Below are positions 23,901 through 34,680 of a DNA stretch of 64,000 bases, in pieces. Both the position numbers and the translations under genes were made by a program. Each line of letters opens with the position of its first letter. Position 1 is the first letter of the stretch. The notes beneath the pieces are model-generated. The model had not been told where the DNA came from, searched no databases, and was given only the letters and a program-made list of their open reading frames with translations. Origin of the DNA: Adineta vaga (taxonomy: Eukaryota > Animalia > Rotifera); the NCBI GenBank assembly GCA_021613535.1, contig CP075492.1, positions 1,302,001 through 1,366,000 of the forward strand, in the 5' to 3' direction.

Positions 23901-24906
23901 GAAAATATCTATTGAATATAAATATTTTATTGAAATAAATACAAGAATTCATTCAATATGTTCAAGTGATTTTGTTAAAAAAGAATGGATTAATTATTTA
24001 TCTCCTTATCTTAATTTCGTAAGACGAAATCGACGTGATGTTCGTCAACGTGGTCATACATATTTTACATTTCTCTCATCTATATGTCAACTATCTCAAA
24101 GAATAATAAAGAATGCTATTGATCAATTTCATTATGATACATATATTAATATACAATTGATATCAAAATCTGATTTTCATAATCAAATTCATAATATTAT
24201 TTTACAATTTCAAAATGTTACATTAATTAAATTTTCTCGAAATTTTAAACTTATTCGTGATATTCTAAATGGAAATGCTTTTATTTCATCTCATTCTTTA
24301 AATTGGGAATGGTGGAGAGATTTAACTCGTATTTTTTATACTCTACCAACACGTCCAATTATAATGAATGATGGATGTTCATGTGGAACACGAAGTGATT
24401 GTACGGAATCAGCTGGGATTTATGATGAGGAATATACTAATCAGGAGATATTTTCTATTCCTGGATGGAATATTGGATGTTCAGTTATTGAAACAGTTTT
24501 ATATTCATCATTAGAATGTTTTTTTGAACAGAACTGTACGGAATTATTATTATTACATATTGCAGAGAATAACAATGAAAATCCACGAATAAATGTATCT
24601 ATTATTGATTCATCATTGAAAAGTCGTTTTCCAAGAAATATACGTATTGAAAATATAATAGATCAATTATTTGTTGAAGAATGGAAGATTGATACATCTT
24701 ATTCATCGTTTTATAATCAATGTGCACCAATTTCTTGTACTTATCAAATAGAAAGAGACAATTATTTTATTTATACTGCATCGAAAATTTTAGGTTTATA
24801 TGGAGGATTATCTCTTACTTTGAGATTTACTATTCCAATTATAATTAAAATCATATTTCAAATACGAAATCGATGTCAAAGAAATACAATAATTCCTACT
24901 GAATGA
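20968..24906 (+). CDS. Intronless ~1312-aa membrane protein of three tandem TM-Cys-rich ectodomain-TM modules (paralog of 314-7386)
   Basis: First ATG at 20968 in the 1362-aa ORF. NxF/Y..T(R/W)xY-TM1, CxC, HxxCSSDF, CxC-x4-C, CxPxxC and GG-containing TM2 each occur three times. AATAAA near 24971. Confidence 0.9.
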   Translation: MSTRSSLYKYIHEKWLTWNMFNSRSTDPTIKHQEILSTRLYFILIIISFSILTTYISISIQTKNTIIPFPTQSMYENLQKQYPNNLQCSCNKTVILYKTFVKIIPSFHQVCSSDFISQQWIDFIFQVDSTLIYPIDIRTSLSSMWQLIKSFCQSATMTIFDRINQFYNSFLIEPMLLTEQVLEAKVQTILYSLFQMTLSNFIQSIEIVYRITQVNQFITGLLTNYIAITKEFKPINIYYPEYTIGSMTISSYIGMIENEYIFKDSSITCSCKINRSCPLSGNIYLYNRLDKLGIYNMKNIHPNTTLPGLIVDCLPIQMLFSSTLECFYNQTCLNILLSFYSNQINISILNPSLSTRFDLTTKIKLILNELFIEEIFNETNYKKYYFECKPMNCHYNYSSRLDWISILTILFGLLGGITSVLRIITPFIIQLIFFIKKRFFSKSIQQVKQNQTIRIRLKHFYQFIQMKILNLNIYNQHSHDKNRVYHGILSTWLYIILFLISICIIILFSNLSNQTIKKTILNPSIEQYKILYKQYSTKLTCPCTQISIPFKDFIKIQVNYHQICSSDFIKSSWYENFPSSLSFHYLEEINFFLIASSYFQTLSTFCEFANTTINDAIQRFSNIIFVNSQLLSNDSFIQTIDSFINTFIESTRNEFQYQMLLINISLHANHYVSNIKLSTHLYPLISQDQLGKYHIDINIYELLIHSLKGKLCRCIRDSACSINFKMYFRHHETNINWEVEGIQGGCSVLDSVFKSSMICLFKNSCLNRLQLLISKLIDRKLISPKILNRTLFSQYSLDTSIKTIIDEMMIEYWNISYSFDKFYYQCKPLSCSVIYEKKTNIVYIITIIISLIGGINIILRLISPILIKIIKSLKIQIRNDHYHFNRISTRIRNLINKLKNQLLMLNLFDSESNDIEINRRERITTRIYLIIFSITIYIITIYTIYSNININKIILNPSENEYNQLLISYSNSLDCPCKKISIEYKYFIEINTRIHSICSSDFVKKEWINYLSPYLNFVRRNRRDVRQRGHTYFTFLSSICQLSQRIIKNAIDQFHYDTYINIQLISKSDFHNQIHNIILQFQNVTLIKFSRNFKLIRDILNGNAFISSHSLNWEWWRDLTRIFYTLPTRPIIMNDGCSCGTRSDCTESAGIYDEEYTNQEIFSIPGWNIGCSVIETVLYSSLECFFEQNCTELLLLHIAENNNENPRINVSIIDSSLKSRFPRNIRIENIIDQLFVEEWKIDTSYSSFYNQCAPISCTYQIERDNYFIYTASKILGLYGGLSLTLRFTIPIIIKIIFQIRNRCQRNTIIPTE

Positions 24907-25005
24907 TTCGTTTATCTAAGAAATTATATAACTTTCATTAAAATATGATTTATGTGAAAAAATATTTCGAAATAAAATATATCTTTTTTGGAAATTTTTT
25001 TGTGT

Positions 25006-25150
25006 CATGGACTAGCATATTTAGGGAAAGGTGATTTCAATCATGCACTTCACTATTATCATGAAGTATATGAATTAGAATGTGTCGAAAGTGAAACAAA
25101 GTAACTAGCAGAAATCTATCATGATATGGGATTAGTCTATATCAAAATTG
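25006..25150 (+). pseudogene. TPR gene relic
   Basis: Translates HGLAYLGKGDFNHALHYY..ETK*LAEIYHDMGLVY, i.e. TPR consensus with an internal stop and no start. Confidence 0.6.
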
Positions 25151-25366
25151 AAGTATTATGTCTTGAAGTATTGATAAAGTTGCCAGATCAGTTCGTCCCA
25201 CTATTGGGAGACGCAGAAAATACATGTCTTCGATAGTCGATGGTTGACTGAGTCGGTACGACAAGTGTTACTTGTTTCTCAATGTCCAACTCAGTCTTTA
25301 TGCGAATGTTAAACGATGTAAAAATAAAGATTTTCTCAATAAAAAATAATTTCAAAATTGAGATTT

Positions 25367-26614
25367 TTAAAATTTCCGAACTGGTTTTCCTGTTAATACA
25401 AACCATGGCGGATAATAATCTGATGATGCACATTCAGCTTGATACTTAACATCATGTATAACTTCTCCACCTGTAAGATAAGCACTCCAAAATCCATATG
25501 TACCACCAGTTACAATAGAATGATGACATGACGTCAGAGATAATAAATCATCTGCAGGTGAAAAGTTTTGAGGAAGAATAAAAACATTTTTTCTTCTTCT
25601 TTTCTCGGCAAATCTACGAAGACAATATCCTTTGTCATCACTAGCAATAAGAAAACGAACTTGTTTGTAATGATAACGACGTCGAAAATGGTTCATAGCA
25701 TAAGAGATATAATCATCATTTGATAAAAAACCAAGTTTAATAAAATCACGTCGACGAATATGAATACCAATCCAAATGATATTGTATTGTGTTTGAAAAG
25801 TATAACGAAGTTCTTTCTGAGTTGTTATTACTAATGGTAAACATGATGAACAAATATCTGTTGTAATTTTTCTCAAATATGTACCAACACGTACTAGTGT
25901 TTCTTGTCGAGCAGAAAAGATTTCACGAATTTCTTCTCGATAAGCATCAAAATATAAATAAGATTGCCAATAACCAAAAAGTTCAATATTTCTAAATGCA
26001 TTCAGTTGTATCAGTTCAGGTTTAAATGAACAAATCGATGATTTTTCTTGAATATCAGTTAATTTCATATATTCTTCATGTGATAACCACATTCTTTCAT
26101 TAATTCCTTTGATTTGGAAACTATCTGAAAGTTCTCCAAGAATAGAATTATTGACATATAAACGACAGTTATGAGTACGAGCTAAACCATACGCACTAGC
26201 AAACATGAACATACGATTTCCTAGACGACCACCACTACGACGTAAGATAACGGTACATCGTATTTGTTCACATGGATAATGTGAAATATTAACCGTTTTT
26301 GATTCCAATATTTCATCACATAAAAGAGGAAAAACATTAACCGTTGTTGTTGTTAGAGTTGTTAATATAGTTATATTAGTTATGATTTGAGAAGATAAAG
26401 TTGCTGTAATTGAATTCATAGAAGCTACTGTTGTTTCTCTGCCTTCTATGAATTTTTTTATGATATCTATTTTTTCAATATACACCAATGGTCTTAAAGA
26501 ATTTACGTATATGATCAGAAAAACAAGAACTAAAAAAACCACTGAATAAATGCAATGTATTTTTCTAATTGATAAAATAGAATATGAACGATGGATATTT
26601 GTAGAAATGGGCAT
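25367..26614 (-). CDS. GT11 family alpha-1,2-fucosyltransferase-like type II membrane protein
   Basis: N-terminal TM and Thr-rich stem. Motifs GRLGNRMF, GYWQSYLYF, HIRRRD, ASDD, GTYGFWSAYL. ATG at 26614, intronless. Confidence 0.88.
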   Translation of the reverse strand: MPISTNIHRSYSILSIRKIHCIYSVVFLVLVFLIIYVNSLRPLVYIEKIDIIKKFIEGRETTVASMNSITATLSSQIITNITILTTLTTTTVNVFPLLCDEILESKTVNISHYPCEQIRCTVILRRSGGRLGNRMFMFASAYGLARTHNCRLYVNNSILGELSDSFQIKGINERMWLSHEEYMKLTDIQEKSSICSFKPELIQLNAFRNIELFGYWQSYLYFDAYREEIREIFSARQETLVRVGTYLRKITTDICSSCLPLVITTQKELRYTFQTQYNIIWIGIHIRRRDFIKLGFLSNDDYISYAMNHFRRRYHYKQVRFLIASDDKGYCLRRFAEKRRRKNVFILPQNFSPADDLLSLTSCHHSIVTGGTYGFWSAYLTGGEVIHDVKYQAECASSDYYPPWFVLTGKPVRKF

Positions 26615-26951
26615 ATTAATCAATTAATGAATGGTGATGGTTAAGTATAATTACAAACAATATCTACACTAAGATTATAAAATCATTTAAATGAATATGA
26701 AGATCGTATTGTCCGGAGAATTTTTCAACAATCCAATTAATTCAAATTATTATTCACGTTTTTTAAAATGTCAATCACGACAAAACGAAATAAACGACGT
26801 TCTAAAGTAATAGCATGCAAATAATTTGTTGCTCATATAGCAATGAAAAGATCCTTTTCATTCTAACCTACAATTGACAAATATTGAGATCAAATTCTTC
26901 TAGATATATTTATCTAAAAAATAGAATAGATATTTATTCTTTTTAAATTTC

Positions 26952-27092
26952 TAAAGATGTACAGCTCACACTCACGTTCATCAATGAAAACTATCTGCTC
27001 ACGCTTGTATGAACGCGAGCGAGCGTTTATCGTTCACATTCATTATGAACGCCGATATAATCGTACTCATAAGCGTGAACTGTACATCCCTA
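26952..27092. mobile_element. hAT-like MITE, 141 bp
   Basis: TIR TAAAGATGTACAGCTCAC / GTGAACTGTACATCCCTA. Flanks TAAATTTC and AAAATGTC match at 6/8, a decayed 8-bp TSD. Confidence 0.7.
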
Positions 27093-27322
27093 AAAATGTC
27101 TTATCTTTAAAACAAATCAATTTAAATCAGATTTTTTACATGTGTTTTTTTTACATGGGTACAATACAAAATGAATACTTTCTCATAGATTGAGCAGTAC
27201 GAAATGTTTGGATACTTTTCAAGTTGTTATGTGAAAAGGAAGAAAATTCTTATAAATACTATAAATGATATTTATGAATTAAGAAACAAACAGATGCTTC
27301 ATTTATTATACAGCAGAAATCA

Positions 27323-27388
27323 TCTTGAGGGTGTGGGTGTGGCGTATAAGTGAGAAACAGGAGAACTCCCACACCTACACCTTCAAGA
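27323..27388. repeat. Telomere-like palindromic element, best-preserved copy
   Basis: TCTTGAGGGTGTGGGTGTGG (27323-27342), 26-nt spacer, CCACACCTACACCTTCAAGA (27369-27388); arms complementary at 18/20. Confidence 0.9.
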
Positions 27389-27559
27389 ATAAAATCATGA
27401 CATATAGGATGAGTTGGATGCGAAATATAGTACAACAACTTAATAATCAAAATCAAAGACAAACATCCAATTCAAAACCGTCATTATGTGTTATAGTATA
27501 ACCATTATCCGTGACTATACTATGAAGTTTTCTATCATTTACAAATTCTATAAAAAGTA

Positions 27560-27648
27560 AGGGTATGTGTGAGAATTCTTCTTCTTAATTCACACTCTCA
27601 AGGGTGTGGGTGTGGGTACTATTATTCAGCCACATTCCACACCCTCAA
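27560..27648. repeat. Two abutting telomere-like palindromic elements
   Basis: AGGGTATGTGTG..CACACTCTCA, then AGGGTGTGGGTGTGGG..CCACACCCTCAA. Confidence 0.8.
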
Positions 27649-27806
27649 TCAATTATGTATTTGAGTGTATGTATTTGATTTATTGAGTAATTATTCAAAA
27701 TTTTACACGGAATAGTTCTGGTATAATATGATAAGAAATGTAGAAATAAAACTAAAGTCAGATAAAAAAAGGATAGTTTTTAAAGAAATTTTTTGCAATG
27801 TATGTT

Positions 27807-30800
27807 TTAACAAGAAGTATTGTTAATCGTAAATCTTTGGACACGATTATTTCCATACTCAGAAACGTACATATCTCCATTCTTATCAAATTGAATTCCA
27901 GAAGGGCCATTGAATTTCATTGCCGTGTTTCCTGCATTTCCCGAAATACCAGCGACTAGCGTTCCGTTATTTGCACCTTTCAACCATTTCATTATTCTAT
28001 GATTACCATAATCAGCAACATAGACGTTCCAAATGAGTCAACAAAAACACCTTGTGGATTTGTCAATTGTGTGTACAACGATCCAGCACCGTTTCCTCCT
28101 GCAACAACTGTTCTATTTGTAGCATTTGAAAGCCATTTCATCACACGATGATTAGCATAATCTGTAACATACAATGTATCATTATCAGATTCATCAACAT
28201 AAATATTCCAAGGTGTATCTAGTTGATTGAGGGCTGAACCTGGCACACCGGTTCCAGCTACAATAACACCATTTGTAGATAAATTTGAGCTAGGAGGAAA
28301 TTTAAGTACACGATCATTTATCCAGTCAGCGACATAAATATTATCAAATCCTATATATAATAAAATAAATAAAATAAAGAGATATTAGAAATACTGACGA
28401 TCAATATATAATCCATCACACCAGTCGATTTGATTCAAAGCATTACCACAACCTGAACCAATAACAACTGTGATATTTCCTGATGCTATATTCAATTTTA
28501 GAATACGACAGTTGAATGTATCTGATAGATACAAATTGGATTCAGTCGAGTCGAAACATAGAGTTGTAGCGGTATTCAGATGTTGTGTATCTGCAGACGA
28601 ACCTACACCAAGCTTCGGACCAATTACTGTTCCATTTGTACTGTTTGGAGACCATTTCATGAAACGATAATTTCCGTAATCTGCTACATACACATTAAAT
28701 GCTGAATCAACTCGAACATCATATGCCCAGCTTAATAATGATGTCGTTGAACCGGCACTGCCACTAGATGATCCAGCAACTGTAGTTCCATTTGGATGCC
28801 AGACAGCTGATGGACATATTACTGGTCGTGTAGTTGTGGTTGTTGTTACCGTTGTTGTCGTGACTGACGTTGTTGTTGTTGTTGTTGTTGTCGTCGTCGT
28901 GGCTGAAGTTGTTGTTGTCGTGGCCGAAGTTGTTGTTGTTGATGTTGTTTGGGAAGTTGTCGTATGCGTTGTTGCCGTTATAGCTAAAATTTTTATCCAG
29001 AAAAAAAAACTCAAATTTTGTTGGAAATACCGAATACCATTACCCTTCAACTTATATAATACCTACTTTCTATAATTTTTCGAAAATGTACATCAGTCAT
29101 TTTACTATCCAACAACTTATCAAAAACATATATATTCGCTTTTGGTTGAAGGTTAAACGAGTGGTTGGAATATGTGATAGACAGGTCAGAAAACAGTGAG
29201 CTTCAAACTACGTAAACTCTAGATCTGGAGCTTATTTCACACTAGTTCTGCTTTACTTTTGACTGGAGTCTGCGATTGTCTCAATAGTCATCTTATATGG
29301 AGACACACATAGCTTCTCTAGCGCTATCCTACAGTGGTTTCTATGAGTCTACAAGAATTGTTTTACGGAGATACACATAAGTGCTCAAGAGCTATCTTCT
29401 GATGGTACTACAGGTGTCTGGAGCTTTATTCTTAGAGACTATGTTGCGTCGAAGCTCTATACTATCCGAGGACCTATATGTGCCCAAGGGCCATGCTATA
29501 AGACTACTCGTAGATAATTAGAAGCTATCCTGTAGGAGTTACTTCTAGGTATTTATCTTTTACCCTATATTCATACGCATTTGTTGTGAAGGGCTAGCAC
29601 GCGTCGCTTCAATAATTTTTATGAGATGTGAATGAGGATGGATGAAGGTGAAGGTGTTCCTTATCTACAAAGACACCTTCACCCACACCCACCCTCAAGA
29701 TGGACAGAATAATCGATTCGTACTGCAGAGAAGTCTTACTTGTTCCTGTTGTTGTATTTTTCCTAGTCATAACAATACCAGTAACAATTCCAACAATAGC
29801 TGCAGTAATAAGAAGAGCAAGGAGTGCAATTATAAATACAAATAATCTGGAGAATTTGCAAGAAAACCGTCTTAAATAGTAACATAAAGAAATTTCCAAA
29901 TGATATACACTCGAAGTCAGTTGACTTACTTTTTGTTTGTACCGATGGTTTTTATTTCATTTAAAAGTCCGTAAGATTTGTCTCTCGAATTTCTTTTCTT
30001 CGATCGAGTCGTCTTTTGTATCGACTTTATTTGAAAATATTAGAAGGCATAAAATATAAGAATATCCTACCGATATATTGTCGAAATTGTCAAACTCAAA
30101 TGCCGAATTCTTGTTGACATTCTTAAGAAAATATGTTACATTTTAGATGGAGTTTTAATAATTAAATAAAATACCTGGTTTTGATGCACTCGAGTTGATC
30201 GAAAAGTTTGAGCTTTTGTTGAAAATACTTTTGAGAGATTCTTTCCTGAATTATTGCTTATTTTTCCATCTATGTTTGATGGAGATACGATGCTAGATTT
30301 TAAATTTAAGTGAAAATCATCAGTTTTCCAAGAATTCTGATAGACCTATGATGATAAATAAAAGTCTTGTTCGCATAAATACAGAACTTTTTATTTTCTT
30401 TTAATAATACGAGCTCTATCTGATAAGAAAATAACCCATGTGTTCATTATTTAAATCATTTTTTTACAATGAAAAACATGGAAAGTATAGGTGACTTCTC
30501 CAAATACTTGAGAAACAAATCACTCGGATACACGAGAGGAAAAGCGACATTCTAATAGTGTCCTTTCTGGCGGAATACAAATGCAACTGGTCGATCAGAA
30601 ACGATGTTAATTCGAAAAGAAAAGTATATGAATGAATGAATGATATCAAACTCGAGAATAAAACAGAACCAAAAAGAATGTTATCTAGAAAAAAAATTCG
30701 TTCAAGTACAAAGAAGAGAATCATATCATTACTAATAGCATTTTCTCCTTGCTCAGATGTCTTTTTAATACATACTGTTGATCCAGGTTGATGATATTGA

Positions 30801-31198
30801 ATAGTTTCAGTATTATTAACAGTTTGCAATTTGTTTGACTTTTGAATAGTAGAAGATTGATTTTGTCCACTTTGTGGATGATGATGAGCATTTCGTCTGA
30901 GTGAGAACTATGAAGAGAAAAAAAAACAGATACAAAAAAAAGCTAAAATTCCATTATCTAAAACCGAAGGTAAATCATTCATAGCATCGACAGATGAAAG
31001 TTTTTTAGGAGATCGAATTCTTGTATGAATAACATTGTTAACTTTTTTCACATTTGTTGATCTTGTATTGTTTTTAAAATGTTGATTATTAAGACGAGAA
31101 GATTTCACAACACGTATTACAGATGATCCATGACGTGAAACATCATGTGTACCGGTAAGCTGGGACGAACTTGGCAATTTTCTGTTACCTTCGTTCAT
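27807..31198 (-). CDS. Type II membrane NHL-repeat protein with Thr-rich mucin stalk; 1-nt frameshift near 28027; 5' exons uncertain
   Basis: TM exon ~29740-29870 (LFVFIIALLALLITAAIVGIVTGIVM), poly-Thr stalk ~28830-28980, NHL repeats in ORFs 28385-29050, 27992-28246 and 27807-27992. The VYVADYGNHRIMKW repeat is out of frame. Confidence 0.72.
29631..29700. repeat. Telomere-like palindromic element (intronic copy)
   Basis: TGAGGATGGATGAAGGTG..CACCTTCACCCACACCCACCCTCAAGA. Confidence 0.75.
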
Positions 31199-31711
31199 AT
31201 TCACTGAATTTTCATACGACTTTACTTTTTTCGTATTCTACAGATAAATAAGCAATGCACATAATTATATAATATAAATATATTATTGATGTACTTTGGA
31301 CGTCTACATGGACCCGAAATAGTGAGTGATTCTTCTTAATCAGTTATTTACTGGCTTCTTAAAGAAATGCGTTATATACAAAATTTTCTTATTACGATCA
31401 TCTACAGTTTGCATCTTATGATTAAAAGAAAAGAACTGAAGTCTTTTTACAGCCTTTATCATACAATATGTTCTCCCGTTTCATTCAAAATTATATTCAT
31501 TATGATTCTTTTTGTTTCGTTTCGTACATACCTGTAAAACAAATACATAATAATACTCCTATGTGTTTTGAATTTGTCTAATTTACATAAAGAAAAAGTT
31601 TCTTTTTCCATTTTTCAAACACAGAATCACGCACATACATCACGAATTCCAAAGTTCACTCTGCTCGATTCTATTATATACAAAAATTTAATACAAGACA
31701 TCAATAAAAAA

Positions 31712-31781
31712 TCTTGAGGGTGTGGGTGGCATATTTTTATATCAATTCCAGTCTCATGTTCACTCACCCATATCCTAAAGA
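31712..31781. repeat. Telomere-like palindromic element
   Basis: TCTTGAGGGTGTGGGTGG...CACTCACCCATATCCTAAAGA. Confidence 0.8.
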
Positions 31782-32630
31782 ACTCCAAATGGATGATTGT
31801 CTATGTCATCAGATTTACATAAGTAAATAACAAAAAGAGATAACTGCAGAGAGAAAATCATATTTTTATTTCAAACAGAAACAAATTCACTCAAGCTTTC
31901 GTGCACAGTTCAAATATGTTCGACATTGATATATGTATTTATTTTGTATTTTGTAAATATTAGTAGATAACGATAAACATGAATAAGTTAAGAATAATTA
32001 AAATTAACATATGTTTGTAAAGATAATAAATCCAATTAAATATCAACAAATAATATGACAAAGAAAAGAATGATGTACGGTAATAGATAGATTAAAAATA
32101 ATCAAAGATTGACAAATATTGATAGAGATGTTTAGTATAACTACATGTCATCAACAAATGTGGAACAGAATGATGTATCACTTATATACTAAAGATATAT
32201 CAACAATATATGAAGTATTTTCATCACTATGTTCTCGAATATTGATCGAATTAAATTCGAATGTAATCGAAGATGTTATAATCGTGACAAATACATGAAG
32301 AATAGTTTTGATTAGAAGTCCATGATAAACGATCAAATTACATATATGCAAAGATAATAGGAATAGTCGAAAGTAAACGTTTTTGTAGAAAAAACTATAC
32401 TTGTAATAGCGCTTTGTCGTATGTGTTATTGTACAAAACATGATTATGAATGTATTAAGTAGCTTCACAGAGTAATAAATAAAAACAGCAACACTTGTTG
32501 TTTGGTAGAAATTACACAATATTCATACATTCATAACAAAAGAATAACAGATAAAAATCTAGAATTAAATATTTCTATTCAACTTTATTTATTAAAAATA
32601 CAAGATGTAAAACGAATGTCAACGCATCTA

Positions 32631-32690
32631 TACATCCTCACCCATCTTGAACAGAACATATCCATCTTGCGAGTGTGATTGTGATAGGAG
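32631..32690. repeat. Degenerate telomere-like element arms
   Basis: CATCCTCACCCATC and TCTTGCGAGTGTGATTGTG. Confidence 0.45.
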
Positions 32691-33083
32691 ATAGTCTTTT
32701 TACATCAGACCTTCATATCTGATAATCTTGTCATTTTGTTTTTGTCATTAAAATATATTCATGATATTTTGTTTATTTTAAATATAATCACGAATAAGAT
32801 TAAAGTAATTACTTTTAATTTGATTATAAGAAACAAATAAATGTATCAAATCGAGTATTACAGGCTTCACCGCTTATGAGATCGAATGAAGTGAAACATT
32901 CTATTCTTAAAATTGAATCTATACGATTCAAATCTGAATATATTTCGGTAATATTTTTATTGTTTTTGATAGTTTTCATCACAAATGATATTTCACAACA
33001 CTTGACAACGATGTACAAAGGATAGAGATACAGAAGAATACATTGAAATTATAAAGCAATATTTAAGAAAGAAAAATCATCAA

Positions 33084-34214
33084 TTAGTTTCTACGAGATA
33101 AACCAAAAGCGTTAGTAAAAAAATTTCTATTATTCTGATTTCGAAAGAATAATTTAATGACTTCACAACGAAATAGTTTGCTCGATAGAGTGAAAAGATA
33201 AAAATCTAGACAGGGAACTGAAAGAGCAACGAATCCAGAAATCGAAGTAAATGCACTCTCTTTAGCTGATTGAAGATCGTCGATGATTAGATGTGATCGA
33301 GCTGATGTATAAATGTATTGTATTGAGGGAGACTTGCTGTTAAAATGAATACAATACATTGAACAAGCATCATTTGAATCAGTTGATGATCTGTTGTTTT
33401 TCGTCGTGTTCGTTGATTTTGACTTGGAATTGGATTTGTTCCGGTGCGCCGAAGTGATTGCCGAATATTTTGAACAGTACAAAGACCAAAATAAAGCATT
33501 ACAATTGGTGGACCTATACTATATGCGAACAAAGTCCATATACCATAAAATGTTTGATAAATATCGTTGGTTGTCGCACATATGTGTCGAGGAAGAATGA
33601 TTCCAAAATAGACAAGTATATGAAAAAAAGCGAAACCAACTATTAAAATTGTCAGAGGAATAATACGAGAAGCAATACGAGAAGAACTAAGAGCACGTAA
33701 TTTGACAGAAGATGAACTGCATAGAAATCTACATAAATTAAAATAATAATTATTAATCTTATATTTCTTCAAAAATATATCATTACTTACCTATCAAGAC
33801 AAACCAAAGCAATAAACCATGCATATTGTGTTCTACGAAAATTTACAAAAAAAAAAGGATAATTGATATAATTATGAACAACAAATCTATCTTAATATAC
33901 CTAGTCCACATTACTATAAATGTAAGAATTTTACATGCTGCTGATGAAATTGAAAATAAATTTATAGAATATCCAAACGATAGCAATCGCAAAGGCGTGA
34001 TAATAGTAACAACACAAAGGCCATTAATCGAAGCTGCTAAAAAGTACCATGAACATGAATTTGAACGAAGTGTTGGACGTGTAAATACATAAACATTTGC
34101 TATGTGACCAATGATACCCAAACCAATCATCAAAAAACTCCAAACTCGTATAAATACAATCGTATTTTGTCTAATAATCATAGCTTCTGTGATACTTGTA
34201 TTTGAGGATGACAT
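33084..34214 (-). CDS. Orphan class A-like GPCR (3 exons) with a 1-nt frameshift in TM6
   Basis: Exons 33901-34214, 33791-33832, 33084-33728. GIIGHIANVYVF (TM1), CSWYFLAAS (TM2), CLDRF, FYLFTLSSKLFR (TM7/H8). Frame changes at 33327-33329. Confidence 0.8.
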
Positions 34215-34680
34215 TCTGATAAAGAATATTAAATAATGCGAGTCGATTATTTTGTAAAACACTCAGAGGACAAAATATTCTTAAAAGAAAGAAAAAAATA
34301 ACATCATTGTGACCTTTCTGAGTAAGACAAGTTATTATAAAATGCTTATAAACAAAGATTATGAAGTAAAGTATGTTAATATCTTTCCCTGTGACGCTAT
34401 AATTTTTAATGAAAATAAATGCACAAATATGAAGCAAAAAAAAAGCTTCTTAATTCTGTTTTTAACAAAATCTATTTTCTCATCCGGATATATTTTATAT
34501 CAAAAAGTTTGAAAGATCAATTTAAAAAAAAAACAATACGATAAAATATACGAATCAATAATCATTACAAATTAGTTTAACGATATACTATCGAAAATGT
34601 ACCTATAGAATATAATTTTCTTTCTTTCTTTCTTTCGTAATGATAATTTTATATTTTATCAAGTTACATTACGTAAAGTA

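Noticed and set aside
27323-27388. Telomere-like elements as true telomeres or Athena retroelement ends
   Set aside because: Only 2-3 hexamers per arm, in inverted pairs, interstitial, with no reverse transcriptase ORF nearby.
28836-29075. Poly-Val ORF on the + strand
   Set aside because: Antisense shadow of the Thr-rich stalk codons.
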